64,000 bases of DNA, taken from positions 11,139,626 through 11,203,625 of the forward strand of contig CM119270.1 in NCBI GenBank assembly GCA_051294375.1, written 5' to 3'. Below the pieces are notes generated by a model. That model had not been told where the DNA came from. It saw nothing but the letters and a program-made list of their open reading frames with translations, and ran no database searches. Below are positions 13,075-27,341 of the stretch, one piece after another. Origin of the DNA: Paraspadella gotoi (lineage: Eukaryota > Animalia > Chaetognatha). How positions within the stretch are numbered: the first letter of the stretch is position 1; the number at the start of each line of letters is the position of its first letter. Both the position numbers and the translations under genes were made by a program.

Positions 13075-13898
13075 CTTCTCTTTTCCTCACATCATCTTTA
13101 CTTCTATCACCCACAAGCGCCTCCTTTTCCTCCAACCCTTTCTCCTTTTCTCCGTCCTCATTTCCTTTTTTTTCTTCCCCACCAGCATTCCTCTTTTCTT
13201 TCCTCCCTTTTCTTTTTCATTTCAAAACGCGCTTAGCGTCTCAACTGCGATGAAAAGAGCTAATTATTTCCCAATTATCGAATATCTTTGTTTCGAATCT
13301 TCGCTTCAGTCGTCGAGAGTTTTTAAGTGAATTAGATGTTGCAAGAAACGAAGAAACACTTTTTGAAATTAAATGAAAATTTAAAAAAAAATATTACGAG
13401 AGAAAAATGCAAGTGAACTATTTTTCACGAAGAAAAATTAATTTACAAATATGCAGTTTGTTCTTGGGAGAATAAAGTTATGAAGTTCTTGCTAAATGAT
13501 TGAAAGTATATTTTAAAGTTATTCCTCAACATTAGTACTGTACGTAAAGTAGTAGCCAAACCAGAATTAAAATAAAAAAGAATTATTATGTTGACAAATA
13601 ATTTTGAATTTTGAAATCATGAAATAATTTCAAAATTGAAAACAAATTTTAAAATTCGCTGAAGAATAAAATTTTTGAGCAATTTTAAATTTTTTAAAAT
13701 TTAAGTGTTACTTAAAATTAAACGTTCTATTATTTAAAAGCAATAACTGTAAACGTTTGCTTAACAGTTAAAAACAGTTACTGCGACCCGGGCGTTTTTT
13801 TTTCTTGGGCTCAAACTCTATTATGGACGATCCCTTCGGCCGTTCGGTGCGTTAGTCAGTCTTATGTCACCTTTCTCGCTCTCTCTCTCATCTCTCTC

Positions 13899-13962
<64 letters not shown>

Positions 13963-14341
13963 CCTCTTCTCTCTCTCTCTTCTCTCTCTCTCTCTCTCTT
14001 CCTACAGCCAATTTCCCGCGCCGCCCCCCTCACACACAAGCACACATCAGACGTCATAAACGCAAGCAGACGGCAAAGCGTTTATTGCGTTTAGGTGCAA
14101 ATGGAGTCGAGATGGGATTGGGAAGAGCAAAGAAGAAGAGGAACGTTGTAGTGATTGCGCTCTCTCTGTGAGACTGTGTCCTCGGAGAGAGAGAGAGAGA
14201 GAGAGAGNNNNNNNNNNNNNNNNNNNNNNNNNNNNNNNNNNNNNNNNNNNNNNNNNNNNNNNNNNNNNNNNNNNNNNNNNNNNNNNNNNNNNNNNNNNNN
14301 NNNNNNNNNNNNNNNNNNNNNNNNNNNNNNNNNNNNNNNNN

Positions 14342-14375
<34 letters not shown>

Positions 14376-14587
14376 TAAATGAAAAACTTGATTACGTTTT
14401 TTGACATTAGACGGTTATTTATTTTATATATACCTCGACTCATGATTACTTGGCTCCACTATTTTCAGTATTAGCCCCCAAATTGTTTATGTTTTAGTTT
14501 TTTTTTTGAATAAGAAATCAACTGGAGAAGAAAAAAAGAAATTTAAAAGAAGATGACGAATTTTCAAAACTGCGAAGTGAGCTTTCT

Positions 14588-14750
<163 letters not shown>

Positions 14751-15129
14751 AAAAATAAACGACTTCACGTCTCAACTCTGGAAATATGTTTAAAAAAATG
14801 GTTGGAACAAAATGGGGCTTCCAGGGGCTTCTCCCCCTTTTGGCGAGGACAGAAAAGAGAGAGTGATTTCTCTCGCTCTCTCGCTCTTTTTCTCTTTCTC
14901 TCTCTCTCTCGTATCGCGCCCCTCCTCCCTCTCATATGAGCAATTCATGGAGCCTTTTTCATCATAAAAGTTCCCATTCAAGAATTCAATCTTCTTTATA
15001 AATGGGCAGTTCATCAGGGACATACATCAAGCCGGGCAAAAGGGCTTTTTGGAATGAACAAGGACTCAGCTTGCGTTTTTTAAAAGGCTCTTAAGGAAGG
15101 AAGACACTTTCTTATCTCTTGGGGGGCGA

Positions 15130-15182
<53 letters not shown>

Positions 15183-16072
15183 GCCCTCCCTATCTCTACT
15201 TCTTTTTTTTTCTCTCCCTCGCTCTCTTTCTTTTTCTCCTTTTGCTTCTCTTTTTTTTTTCCTTGACTCTTGAGCAAAATGTTTGGCACAATACTTCATC
15301 ACATCATCATAGGCATTTTGTGAGGACATCAAACGGATGAAAAGTCGGAAAGTACTCGTTTGTGAAAAAAAAAACGCTTTACTCGACTTATCTTCTTATG
15401 AACCGAGCAAAGTCTACGGGAAGGAGATGGAAAAGGAGAGAGATAAGAATAGAAAGGAGATGAAGGTGAAAGAGAAGGAAAAAGAGAAGAAGATGAAGGA
15501 AGTAAGTAGAAGCAAATGAATTAAAGAATGAATAGAAAACTAAGAATTCAAAAGAACTAAGAAAACGTAAATATAAAAGTAAAGCAGAAGAAGATGAAGA
15601 AAGAGATCTAAAAAGAGAAGCGAGGAATCGCGGATATTTAATGTAGGTTGGCGCTCCTGTGGGACCATCAAAACAAGGAGATAAAGAGAAGAGGAAAGAA
15701 GAAACTGAAAAAGAAAGGGAAATTAAAAAAAAGAACGAAATTCGATGATTCGAAGCTTTTGACAGAAACATGGCCGACGCTATGGGCAGTTTTCAAAGAA
15801 AGAAATTTACTTTTCCTGAAATAAAACCAAATTTTAATTAGTTTGAATTTAGACGTAAAATACAAGGATCTAAAATAATTGGGGAAAAACATGAATAGAG
15901 AGAAGCTTTTAAAAAAGCTTTATCAAACTTTGTTTCCGTTCCTTCGGTTATTTTTCAAAGAACACAATATCTGATGATATCAAAGACCCAATATTGAAAT
16001 GAAAATCGCCAGCCGCCAAAAAGCTGGAACTCCCGTGATGGACTGCCATCCGACGCTTAATATCGCGCCTCA

Positions 16073-16137
16073 CGTCACGATTCCAACGGTGACGCAGCGC
16101 CGGTTTGACGCAGTGACGCTTTGACGCACTGACGTGG
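16073..16137. promoter_or_regulatory. Cluster of six TGACG (CRE half-site) motifs
   Basis: CGTCA at 16073; TGACG at 16090, 16106, 16114, 16122 and 16130. Confidence 0.35.
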
Positions 16138-16207
16138 TTCCATCATCGATTCTGGGATTTGATGAATCTTCCTCTTTCTCTCTCTCTCCACTATTGCTCA
16201 CTGCTCA

Positions 16208-16310
<103 letters not shown>

Positions 16311-18203
16311 TTCCTCCCACCTCCCCTCTCTTTCTCTCCCTCTCTCACTCGTCTCGCTCTCCCGCTTTCTCGCTCATGGTGTGAGGGCCACAGGGTTGTT
16401 GTCATTCTCCTCCTCTTTTAATGAATTCGTCACCATTTGTTCCGTTGGCGCTGACGACTTCTTGACTTTAGGGCGTTTATTACTTCGATGTCACGGATTC
16501 CGCAGTGAATCTCTCCTCTCCCCTTTTTTCTCTTCTTTCCGCTTCCTTTCTTCCTCTGTTTTCTCCCAAGTTTCTTATTCTTTTTCCTTTATTTCTTTTC
16601 TTTCAAATTTCTTTTCCTTTTTCTAAATTCTTTTTTTTTTTCTCTTTCTTATTTTTTTGTCGTTCATTCTTTCTTTTTTCTCTCTACCTCCTCAATATTA
16701 ATTCTCCTACATACTCTCCCTGTCTGTCTCTCTCCCTTTAATCCTCCTTTCCTCACTTAAAATCTCTCTCGAAATTGCTCACTCCCTGCCTCCCTGCCTC
16801 CCACTCTCCCACTCTCCCGCTTTCCTTACCCTTTCTACCCTCGGCTAATCATTTATTCCTTCCGCTCTTCTCTCTTCAAACTCCTATCTTTCATTATATT
16901 TTGGCGCTAATTCTCGTGTTTTCCCTCACTTACCTCTTCTTATCTTTTCTATCCAATCTTTTCTTCTTCCTCTTCCCCGTCTCTGCTTTTTTTCATCTCC
17001 AGTCTCCGATTATCTCATTCTTTTCTCATCCACATCATTTCTTTTTTTCTTCTTTTTTTTTCTCGTCTGCTTCGGTTTTTCTCCAACCTTAAAAAAATCT
17101 TCTTTCATTTCTTTATTTTCTCTTTCTCACTCTTTTTCCGACTTTTTCTCTCTAGTATTTTCCTTCTGCGATCCTTGTCTTGCATTCTCCTCTGCGGTCG
17201 CCGGTCCCATATCCATTTCCTTCTTCTATATTTCTAATAAAACTGATCCCCATTTCGCCTCCACTCATCCCTATATCATCGCATCTTCTCTTCCTTTCGT
17301 CTCATTCAGGTGCCCCTTTCTTTCCCAGATTAATTCCTCCATCTACCCCCTTATTTAGAATGGAGCTCTTGAGAACAAAAATTGGATTTGAGTCAATTAA
17401 GAATAAAAATTATATGCGAGATAGTATCATTATTGAGTACAAAATTATTTTGTTCATATTGTTTCGGGAAAAGAAAAGCAAAATAGTATATATTTATAGT
17501 ATTATCCTTGTAAAAAAAGAAATTTTCAAAATATTTTTTTTTAATTTTTTATTAAAGATTCAGATTTTTCATGAAAAGTTATAGCAAAAACATATAAAAT
17601 GTAATGACAAAATTCTATGTCTACAGTATCAAAATTGGAAAAAAAGGTTAAAATTCTTAACTTTTTTACTCTCTGTAGTAAAAACACAAGTTTCTGACAA
17701 TCCGAATCTGTTATAAAATTTTTAAAAAATCATTTTGAAATTTTACAAATTTATAGTGATATTACTACAAAGAATTTGAGCTACTGTTATTCTAAAAAAA
17801 ATTTTAAAGCCAAGATATTTTTTAATTGCATATTCGGAAGCAGCAAAAAAATATTGTTAACTCGCTTAATCTTTTCATCGCTCCACCCTTCAACCCTTTA
17901 TTCCTAATCTTCTTCATTCTCATCTCTTTTCTCTTCTTAACATTTACACGTCCCTCGCCGTATTTAATCCGATCCCCTTCCACCCTCTCCCGTCCACCAT
18001 AACACTCTCCTCCCCCACCTCCCGCTCCGCGGTGTCCCCCCCGCATTCTTTTGAAGGATTTACTTAAATTTTCATGTCATGGATTTTTGAGGGGAGAGAG
18101 AAATGGAAAGAATGGGGCGAAGATGGAAAGAAAGAGACGGCAGTTATGAGAGTCCGTCCCCCCGGCGAGGCTCTTCATATGCAAGAATGATGATATGAGA
18201 GAG

Positions 18204-18246
<43 letters not shown>

Positions 18247-19586
18247 GGATAGAGAGAGAGAGAGAGATAAAAGCGTCGTCGTCTCCTACCCTGAAGGAAA
18301 CGTGTATCAGTTGGACGTCCTCCCTTTTTTGTGTGAGAGGAACGAGAGGCGGCGGGGACGACCTTTAATAAAATATGTCGCCTTCGCGAGCGAGAAGAGA
18401 GCAGAGAGAGAGAGAGAGGAAATTTTGCCGGGAAAGTGGAGAATATAAAAGTTGGAGAGTAGGCGAAAGGGAAATAAGAATATAGTAAAGTAGAAAGAAA
18501 ATGGGGGGTCTAGTACTGTAGTGGAAGAATGTTATAATGAATTTGTGAAGAAAATGAGTGTGAAAATGTAATTTACTTTGTACTTGTAATATGATAGCTT
18601 TTAGATCGAGCGTTGTTAACTTTGAATGAAAGAAATTATTCTTAAAAATTACGTTATTAGGGAGAAATAAGTGGATTAAGGGTATTTATGTATTGTAAAG
18701 TATGTATACATATATATACAAATCCAAAATAAAATCCTAGCATAATTTCATAAGTGATGCGAAGATCCAATCCAAATCGAAAAAAAAACAACCTAGAGTG
18801 AGCAGTGAGCAGAAATCTGACTGTGATTTGATCTCGTCATTGAGACCAAAACTGGCAAAGGCTGTCAACCCTCTACGTCACCCACCAAAAAGGCCTCTTA
18901 TCGCTCACGACCTTCGGTTTTGATGACCTTTGCGAAGAGGAAGACGACGACGATGACTATGCCGACGATGACGCCGTCGATGGCAATAATGATGACGACG
19001 CAAAGTTCTAAAACTATTGGAAAATTTCTTGACTCATGCCACGTCCCGGGTTCCAGCCCGTTGTTTGAGGAAATTTCATTCTATTCTTAAACGATGCGGA
19101 TGTTTCTCATGAGTTTAATAAATGACCACGTTACGCAGGTGGTCCGACCCATCGCCTTGGCTGAGGTCGAGATCGTCCAAACAAACAAACGACGACGATG
19201 AACGACGACGAAGTCCGATGACGCGGAACCCATAATATTCATGAATAATCGATGAGGATCGGAGCGACTCTTCTTCCCCTTTTCCTCCACTTCGATCCAG
19301 ATTCTTTGTTTGTTTTTTTTTCCTTTTTTCGGTTCGATTTCGTGGGAAAGAGGTTTTTGGAATGAAAAGAATTGACTCGTTTAATGCGGAATTTCGTAAA
19401 ATCGGATGCGGAGAGGACGGTTGATCAGGAAGGGATTTCGTTTTCTCAAAGTTTCTTTAAATCGATTTAGACTTTTAGGCTTTTATGAAATAAAATTCCA
19501 TATTCTATATAAACCCAGAGATATTGAGGATCCAGGATTTAAAAGCTGAGGAAACAGAGAAAAAAGAAGAAAGAAATTAACCAGAT

Positions 19587-19618
<32 letters not shown>

Positions 19619-20229
19619 AGAGAGAGAGGAGAGAGAGAGAGAGAGAGAGAGAGATGAGAAGAGAGAAAGAAGAGAGACATTGTCTTTTTATTTCGCGGCT
19701 GCGATCGTAACGCCTCTTTGAATGGAGGCGGCGAAAGAAGGGACAATGATGTTGAAAGGCCACCATAAAATCGGAATTTTATGACGCAATGGTTTCCGAG
19801 TCTTGACGGCGACAGAGAAAAAAAGAGAAAAAGAGAGAGAGAGAGAGAGAAATTGAGAAAGATGAAGAAAAACGGAAGATGCCCCAACAAAGGACAAAAT
19901 GGGCTAAAATAGTGCAGTTTGGCAAAAAAGAACCGGTTAAATTTTATTTTACTTATGAAGTAAAGAAATAAAATAAGCAGCTTTTAAAAAAGCTTTTAAT
20001 AACTATAATAAAGAGTAAAGATTATTCAAGGAAAACAACTAAGATTCACCCGTAGCAGCGACTTTCATTGTGCAAATATGAGAAAGAGAACAAGAAGGAA
20101 ATGCAAAGAAGATAAAACGAAGAAAAAAAAGGAGGAAGACAAAAGAAAACAATAAAAAGAGAAAAAAAAAGGAGGAAGAATAAAGAAAAGAAGGTAGGCG
20201 ACATCTACACTGGTTCCCGTCGAGAAACC

Positions 20230-20277
<48 letters not shown>

Positions 20278-20449
20278 ATCGAGGATTGAATAAAATTCGG
20301 ATTTGCCATAATGTAGGAGATGTTTTCGTAATGAGAAGAGAGGATGGAGAAAGAGAACGACTGAGAAATAAAGAAAGAGAGAGAGAGAAGAGAGAAAGAG
20401 GAAAGAGAGAAAGAGAGAGAGAAGAGAGAGAGAGAGAAGAGAGAGAGAG

Positions 20450-20489
<40 letters not shown>

Positions 20490-20623
20490 CTCACACATTT
20501 CGATCAACTCTTGTCGGAACAAAGGAAGAATTTCGATATAAAAGACCCGAAAAAAGAAGAGATGCTAATCGATTTTTATTCGTGGGAGGTTTTTCTTTTT
20601 TTATTCTTTTATTATTCAATCAC

Positions 20624-20664
20624 CTGATCCGACTTCTATGGAGGAATGTCGAGACTCCATGGTG
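20624..20664 (-). CDS. Candidate small coding exon of an unidentified gene
   Basis: tttctcAG acceptor and CAG|GTGATT donor; encodes (D)TMESRHSSIEVGS; phase-compatible with the 23217-23305 exon. Confidence 0.3.
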
Positions 20665-21210
20665 CTGAGAAACTCATGGTGCGAAGGAAGGCAGGATACC
20701 TTCGCCAAAAAATATGAGGCGTATCGAAAGATTCGGGGCGAGTCGAGCACCGAATGAATGGAATCGATGAACGAGCGAAACGAAAGAGTGAATGACGATT
20801 TTAATCCAAAGACCGATAAACCTATCGGCAACGCGACAACTTCTTTGCTTGGTACAAGATGATATCGAAAGACGACGACCGTGATGACGACGACGACGAC
20901 GACGAATTCTTTCAGTGAGCGAAGATGATATCAAACTCGACGACCAAGGCGTCAACAACAATGACGTCAACAACGGCGACATTTTTAAGGAGATGAGGCG
21001 ATGACGTTTCAACGATCGAGTCATATTTCCCAGAAATTTGTCGAGATTTCTCACCAAATTTTTCTCGTATCTCTCAGTGCGATCAGAGCCTCGGGGTTAT
21101 TGAGTATTCGTTGTTGGCCGAATTATGTCGAAATGATGCAACTGCGATTGTAAAATTTTATTTCTTGTTTGATCGTGAGAAAAGTTGAAAATTGAGCAAG
21201 AACGGAAACA

Positions 21211-21420
21211 GACGGGTTGCCTGTGATGCCCATTGGGATAGGGCAGCTCACTGTTGGCTCTGGGGGCTTCCGACCCCCATTGACGCCTCCTGGCACTGGT
21301 GCGGTAACCCGAGGACGGTCTCGCTTTGCAGAGGGAAGTCATGAGGACTGTGGATGGAAGGCAACGGTTGGGATTGGCTGAATGATGGTGGATGTGAGGC
21401 GGTGTGAATATACCGCCACA
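21211..21420. ncRNA. Candidate structured ncRNA of unknown family
   Basis: GC-rich island in AT-rich DNA. Outer helix cgggttgcc/ggtaacccg encloses hairpins gtgatgccc...gggca(gc)tcac and ggctctggggg...ccccca(tt)ga(c)gcc; terminal hairpin ggcggtgt...ataccgcc. No convincing ORF. Confidence 0.4.
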
Positions 21421-22946
21421 AAAGTTTAGAAGGTAATTCAAAAGATAGAATCTTTATTCGCACCCTGTAACCTATTTCAGTCAATTTTTGGGACCATAAT
21501 CCATGACGATTTTTCTATAATCTATTCTAACTACCCCGTAAGCCAAATCCAGTGACGCGAAAGAAATCATTGCCATGGTTTACTGTATCAACGTAAACTT
21601 AAACTGTTTTTATATTAGATAGAGAAAAATTTGACTTTTTTTGTTAAAATTTTATTTAAATTGATCTTTATTAACTTGAAATTAATTTTTGTCAAAGTCG
21701 TAAAATTGATGGCTCATTGCATCTTTTAATAATCAAGCGCAATGAATTATTTTTAATTCAGTATCCAAGATTACAGTATAAATATTTTCAGCTTTATTGA
21801 CCTCTACCAGTTCCAGAAGGGCAGTTGGTTTATACGAGATTCATTCTCAGGCCTTTGGGAAAGCAATTTGAGCAGCTTAGCTTATCAACATCGAAGCATC
21901 GAAATTGGGGCTAAAATGATTGTTGAGAAGATGCAGATCTGTGTGCGCTGATCCAAATATGGCAAGTTAAAACTGGGAAAGTATGAAAAGCAGCTGTGGC
22001 AAACAGTATAATTTGTTTTCCTTTTAAAAGTATCAAAAATATATATTAACCAATACAACACACCACCAATTACATAATTTTTTTTTTCCGAAAGAATTAA
22101 AGTTAAGAAGAGGGGAATAATGCAGTTGTTCTGAAGTTCAAACCTATCACATATCAAATTTTTATGAAGTGATTTGTCACTAAAGAAGCCTTGCAAAAGA
22201 AATCAAATTTTCACTGGGGAAGAAACTGAATCATCTTTAAAAAAAAACATTTGTTGTTTGATTAGGGATGATTTTTTGTTCGGAGGGCATTTTAAGCATG
22301 TTTCAAACCCATTTTAATGAAAATTTTGGGCATTTAAAAAAAGTCAATGATTTTTCAATCAAATGGTATAAAAATTTTTCGTTAATGTTTGGTAGGTCAT
22401 GTATCATTAATTTTTACTTCGTGTCAATCGATTTGGCTCACGGGGTAGCAGTAAAAGTTTTGTCAGTTATGTTGAATTTATATTAAAAACGTTAAGATTA
22501 AATTTAAACGACAAATATTCTATACTAATGATTGACAGAACACCGAGCAACATTTAACTGAAATCGAGACGGTTGCCATCATTTAAAAAAAGTGACGACT
22601 GACGGCGTAATTTTGAATATCAGTCATTGCTAACAAAAGGCTAGCGGGCAAATGTCGTTTCTTTTTCAAAAGACTCGGACTGACGATTAACAGGCACTCT
22701 CCTTTGAACTTGGTTTTTCTCTCATTCCCATTTCAGTTCCAAATATTTCTTTTGGACTTTTTCGATGATTTGATGGAATCGCTCTTCGATGACCTTCGAT
22801 TTATTCAATCCCATTATTCGTTGCCATTGCTGCTGCAAATCTTCCACTTAACAAAACGCTAAGAGACATCTATTACTCTATAATAGGCCTCTCTTCAACT
22901 TTTTAATGATCTGCACCCGTGCTCTGGATGACTGCCAAAACGAACG

Positions 22947-23063
<117 letters not shown>

Positions 23064-23216
23064 AAAATTCCAATTAATATTGATGACTTCTCGACATTGA
23101 CAACTTGAAGAACGCAGGTGGTTTGTCCGAAAAATAACTCCGGAGGTGAGAAGAACGTCTTTTTTGTTGTCTCCTTCGAGTTAAGTTAAAGATTAATCAT
23201 ACTTGAATTGACTTAC

Positions 23217-23305
23217 TCGATCGTGGGACTTGCCAAACTGGGGAAGTCGGTGGCAGACGCCGTCCGAGACAAGTTGTTATCGCCCAGGTTTAACCGTTCC
23301 ATCAT
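23217..23305 (-). CDS. Candidate first coding exon of an unidentified gene
   Basis: ATG ATG start encoding MMERLNLGDNNLSRTASATDFPSLASPTI, ending at a consensus GTAAGT donor (phase 2), with an in-frame stop just upstream. Confidence 0.4.
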
Positions 23306-23612
23306 TGAATGAAGCAATTAACTCTTATTTCATAGCGAATATACTTATTTGAAATTAAACTTTTACTCATGTATTTTGAATTCGTTGGAAACTTGTACAT
23401 TAACTTTCGTTTGTTTTAAATATTATTAAGGTGTGGATCAGCGCGTATCCACCACAAGCTGGAAGTAAAGTTGTATTAATTATTTATGCTTACAAATATT
23501 TTCTCGGTTTGGAAATTGTATTAAAGAATAGCTACTAATCAATGAATATCGAGACGGGTAACTCCTGAGAGGGGATCCCAAAAAAGTGAACAAGTATGTG
23601 GTGAAAAAGAGG

Positions 23613-23653
<41 letters not shown>

Positions 23654-26142
23654 TTCAATTTTTCCGGTCATTGCTTTGATCGGGCGGATAAATCGGATGA
23701 CTGAATCTTCGTTGGCGACGACAGAAGAGAATCGGGATTTTCCAGCCTTGACCGAAGCCTGAAAGACCCACGGGCGAGAGGGAGAGGAAGAAGATCGTGA
23801 GACAGAGAGACCTACAAGAGAGAATAAAAATGAACGAGAGAGAGAAGGGAGTCCTTCAACGAAACAGTTAGTGTGACTCGGTTTTTTTTTTAATATTATA
23901 AATTTAAATAACAATTTTTAAATATGATTTTTTTTAATTCAAAAACTATTTAATAATTTATTTAATAAAACTAATTAATAAGAAATTTATCAATATTATA
24001 ATAATATAAATTCAATTTTTATGATAAATATTTTTTTAAAAGAATGTTTTTATTTTTTTTAAACAAATTTTAAAAATGTTATCAAATATTATCCACCCTA
24101 CTAATAATCCGGCATCGACCCAACCGACAGAGTGTAAAGACCCTCCGGAGTTGAGAGTTCGTTTCCCGTCGCTGCCACGGGATGTCACGAGATTTCCCGT
24201 CACCGAAAGTGTCACGCACTCCGTGGGGTCCTTTTAGGAATTGTCACACTCTCGTCGTTGGAACTTTCGTAACCGGCGAGATTGATCACTGGTCACCGAA
24301 TGTTGACGACTACAATTGAACGAGATTGGACAATATTGGAGATTTCTTCATTCAGAAAGACAAAGTAGACATAAGCTAGACAGCAAGATTATATTTGATG
24401 TTTGACTCAAGAGATATTTTTAGATCATTTAATAATGGTTAATTCTTAATTTAAAATTAAACGGAGACTCTCACGCTATTACATACACAGCACAGTCACT
24501 AAGCAATTAATGATCGTCATATTACATAATTCTATTAACTGCTTTTTTTTTCATCCTTAAAAAAGTAAAGCCTTCACAGTTCAGACGGTACGAAATGAGT
24601 TGTCGTTTTGTTGGTTATTTAGCGCCGCCGACGGCGACGGCGACAACGAAGACGAAACGACGACGTAGAAAAAACTGCGACTAGAACAAATAATAATAAT
24701 AATAATAATAATAACAACGAAGAGGACGACGACGAAAGACGAGGACGAGGATTTTGTTTTGCCCTTATTATCCACTTAACGCGTCGGTGTTTATCTTGGT
24801 CTTGTATGAGGAGGCTTAAAGAAGACGTTATCTTTGCGACTGAATGACAGTTGGGTTTAAAGGACTTTTGAATATTCCGCGCAAAACGCGACAAAAAATA
24901 GAGAGAAAGAAAATATTGAATATTCATCTTGGATAATTTTATTTCATTGTTTTACATTTTTTTTTAATATGAAAAGAGAAAGAGGCGAAAAGAGAGGATT
25001 TGTCGCTCAGGAAAGCTTATTTTAAATCCCTAGTTCAAATCACTAAACCGTCGCCTATCATTTTAAATTTTGCATGATTAAATATCTACAAGTGCGAAAA
25101 CCGGAATAGCGAGAGTAAAACTAAAAGCGAGAGAGTAAAATAGAGCAAGAGAGAGAACTGTTATTACTGTTTCCAACGGACTTGACAATTGACACTCAGT
25201 CACGCCCATTTATATCACTTTTAACCATAAAAGGACCACAATAAAATTTTAATCTCAGTTTGTAATCACAAACTATCAATGAATATCATTCATTAACCGT
25301 ATACTTTCTCAGTCGGAGCTTTCCACCGGTATCTCCATCATTTGAAACGCCATCATCCTCGACCCCATCATCCCCTCAATCGGACTCTGCCCGCCTGTGA
25401 TTCACTACTGGATCAGCTCGAAGTCTAGACGCAGATAAAAGAAGCCGAAGGAAGAGAGAAAAAGAGAGAGAAAAAAGTAGGTTCGCCGCCAAAGTAACTT
25501 CAGGTCTGATAGTGGAAACAAGTGGCTTCGCCCTTAGCTGCGAAACAAACTTTTAAATTATACTGTACCATATTATTAGGACAAAAACAGTTTTTATTTA
25601 ATAACGATTTAATTGGCACAATTTAGTACAATACTGTACCATATTAGAAAATTTTAACTAAACTTTTTTACTTTATGTTATCATAATTATTAATGAAAAA
25701 AAACAGCCAAGACATTATGTCAACAAAATTAAATATTAATAATTATTTTAAATATTTTATTTAAATTTTTATACAATATTAAATAAATATCATAATAAAA
25801 TCTTTTTATTTTATAGTATTTTTAAATTGAGAGAGAAAACAAAGTTTATTTTTGTTTACAAACAATGAGTTTTATTTTTCAATAGAACATGTTTCAACTT
25901 TTTTTAAAATCTTTTTCAGCATATTTTTATAAACTATTTCATTATTATTTTATTAAATTTATAAAAAGGACTAAAAAAAAAACAAATAAAATAATGTCAA
26001 AAGAGAATCCCTAACGCAATTCACGTTCTAAGCTCTCTCTCTCTGTCTCTTTCTCTTTCTTTGCCCCGAACCGGACCGGGTCCCAGACCGAGAGAGCGGG
26101 CGAGCGCGAGTCCATTTTTCACGCGTTATCGGCGAGATTTAA

Positions 26143-26214
26143 ACGGAAGCGTCTTTAATCCTCGGGCCTTCGCTTCCGACGGAAGCGTCTTTAATCCTCG
26201 GGCCTTCGCTTCCG
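26143..26214. repeat. Perfect 36-bp tandem duplication, each unit bounded by 8-bp inverted ends
   Basis: acggaagcgtctttaatcctcgggccttcgcttccg x2; cggaagcg and cgcttccg are reverse complements. Confidence 0.95.
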
Positions 26215-26326
26215 TCTCCCGCGCGATCAATCCTCGACTTCACTCGCGCTAAGAAACTCCACATCGCGAGTCCAAAAATCTCTTTTTCTTTTTTATTTCC
26301 TTTTTTCTTCGATTGAGACTCCGGGT

Positions 26327-26364
26327 TTATGATATTATGATATTATGATATTATGATATTATGA
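26327..26364. repeat. (TTATGATA)n 8-bp tandem repeat
   Basis: About 4.5 units visible. Confidence 0.9.
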
Positions 26365-26556
26365 GGCTGCTATGGGGTAGCCTGTTATTAACTAAATCTG
26401 CTTGAATGAATTATAATCGCACTAGTAAACGTGACAAAATTTTATAAAGTTTTATAAGTTTCAGTTTCTTATACTGAAAAACTGTTTTTTATTTAGTACG
26501 TAGTTTTGGTATGTGCTCAACGAATTCTCGCAGTCTTCCGCTCACTCAATCACTTC

Positions 26557-26691
<135 letters not shown>

Positions 26692-27239
26692 CAACCGAAT
26701 CAATCTCTTCTCTCCGAAGAATTGATTTCACTCTTTCTCTCTCCATTCAACTCTTACCTCTTTGCACATTCATCTAACTTTTAAACTTTTCCAACGTCCT
26801 CACCCCAGACAACCTTTTTCGAGCTCTTTCCTCCGTCCCCCCCATCCTCTTTTCTCTTTTATGTTTTCTTTCTCTTTCCAATAATCTCTCTATGTCCCCT
26901 CTTGCCCTTTCATTGTTTACATTCCTGTCCAATATAGAATCACTTTTTCCTCCCAATCCTTTCCTCTCTCCTTCCCCTTTCCTCTCTTCCTCCCCTTTCC
27001 TCTTTCCTCCGCTCCACTCTTCTATATGTTTCCCTTCCTTTTCAATATAGAGTCTCCTTCCTTCCGAGTCATTACCCGCCCGTTTGGGAGGAAACTGTTT
27101 GGTCAACCAATTTTCCCCTCTCTTTCCCTTTTTCTTCTCTTTTTCCTCTTTTCTTCTCTCCTCCATACTTCTTTCTTTCCTTTCAAATTCTTTTCTCACT
27201 GAAATTGACTTCGGCGCGCGGAGGGGGGAGAGAGGGAGC

Positions 27240-27341
<102 letters not shown>

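Noticed and set aside
18880-19010. Acidic peptide EEEDDDDDYADDDAVD
   Set aside because: Explained by the GAC/GAT repeats common in this window; no clear splice or start support.
21390-21490. GGATGTGAGGCG resembling the vertebrate 7SK 5' end
   Set aside because: No GATC-repeat hairpin or complementary ACATCC downstream, and a T5 run follows after about 100 nt.
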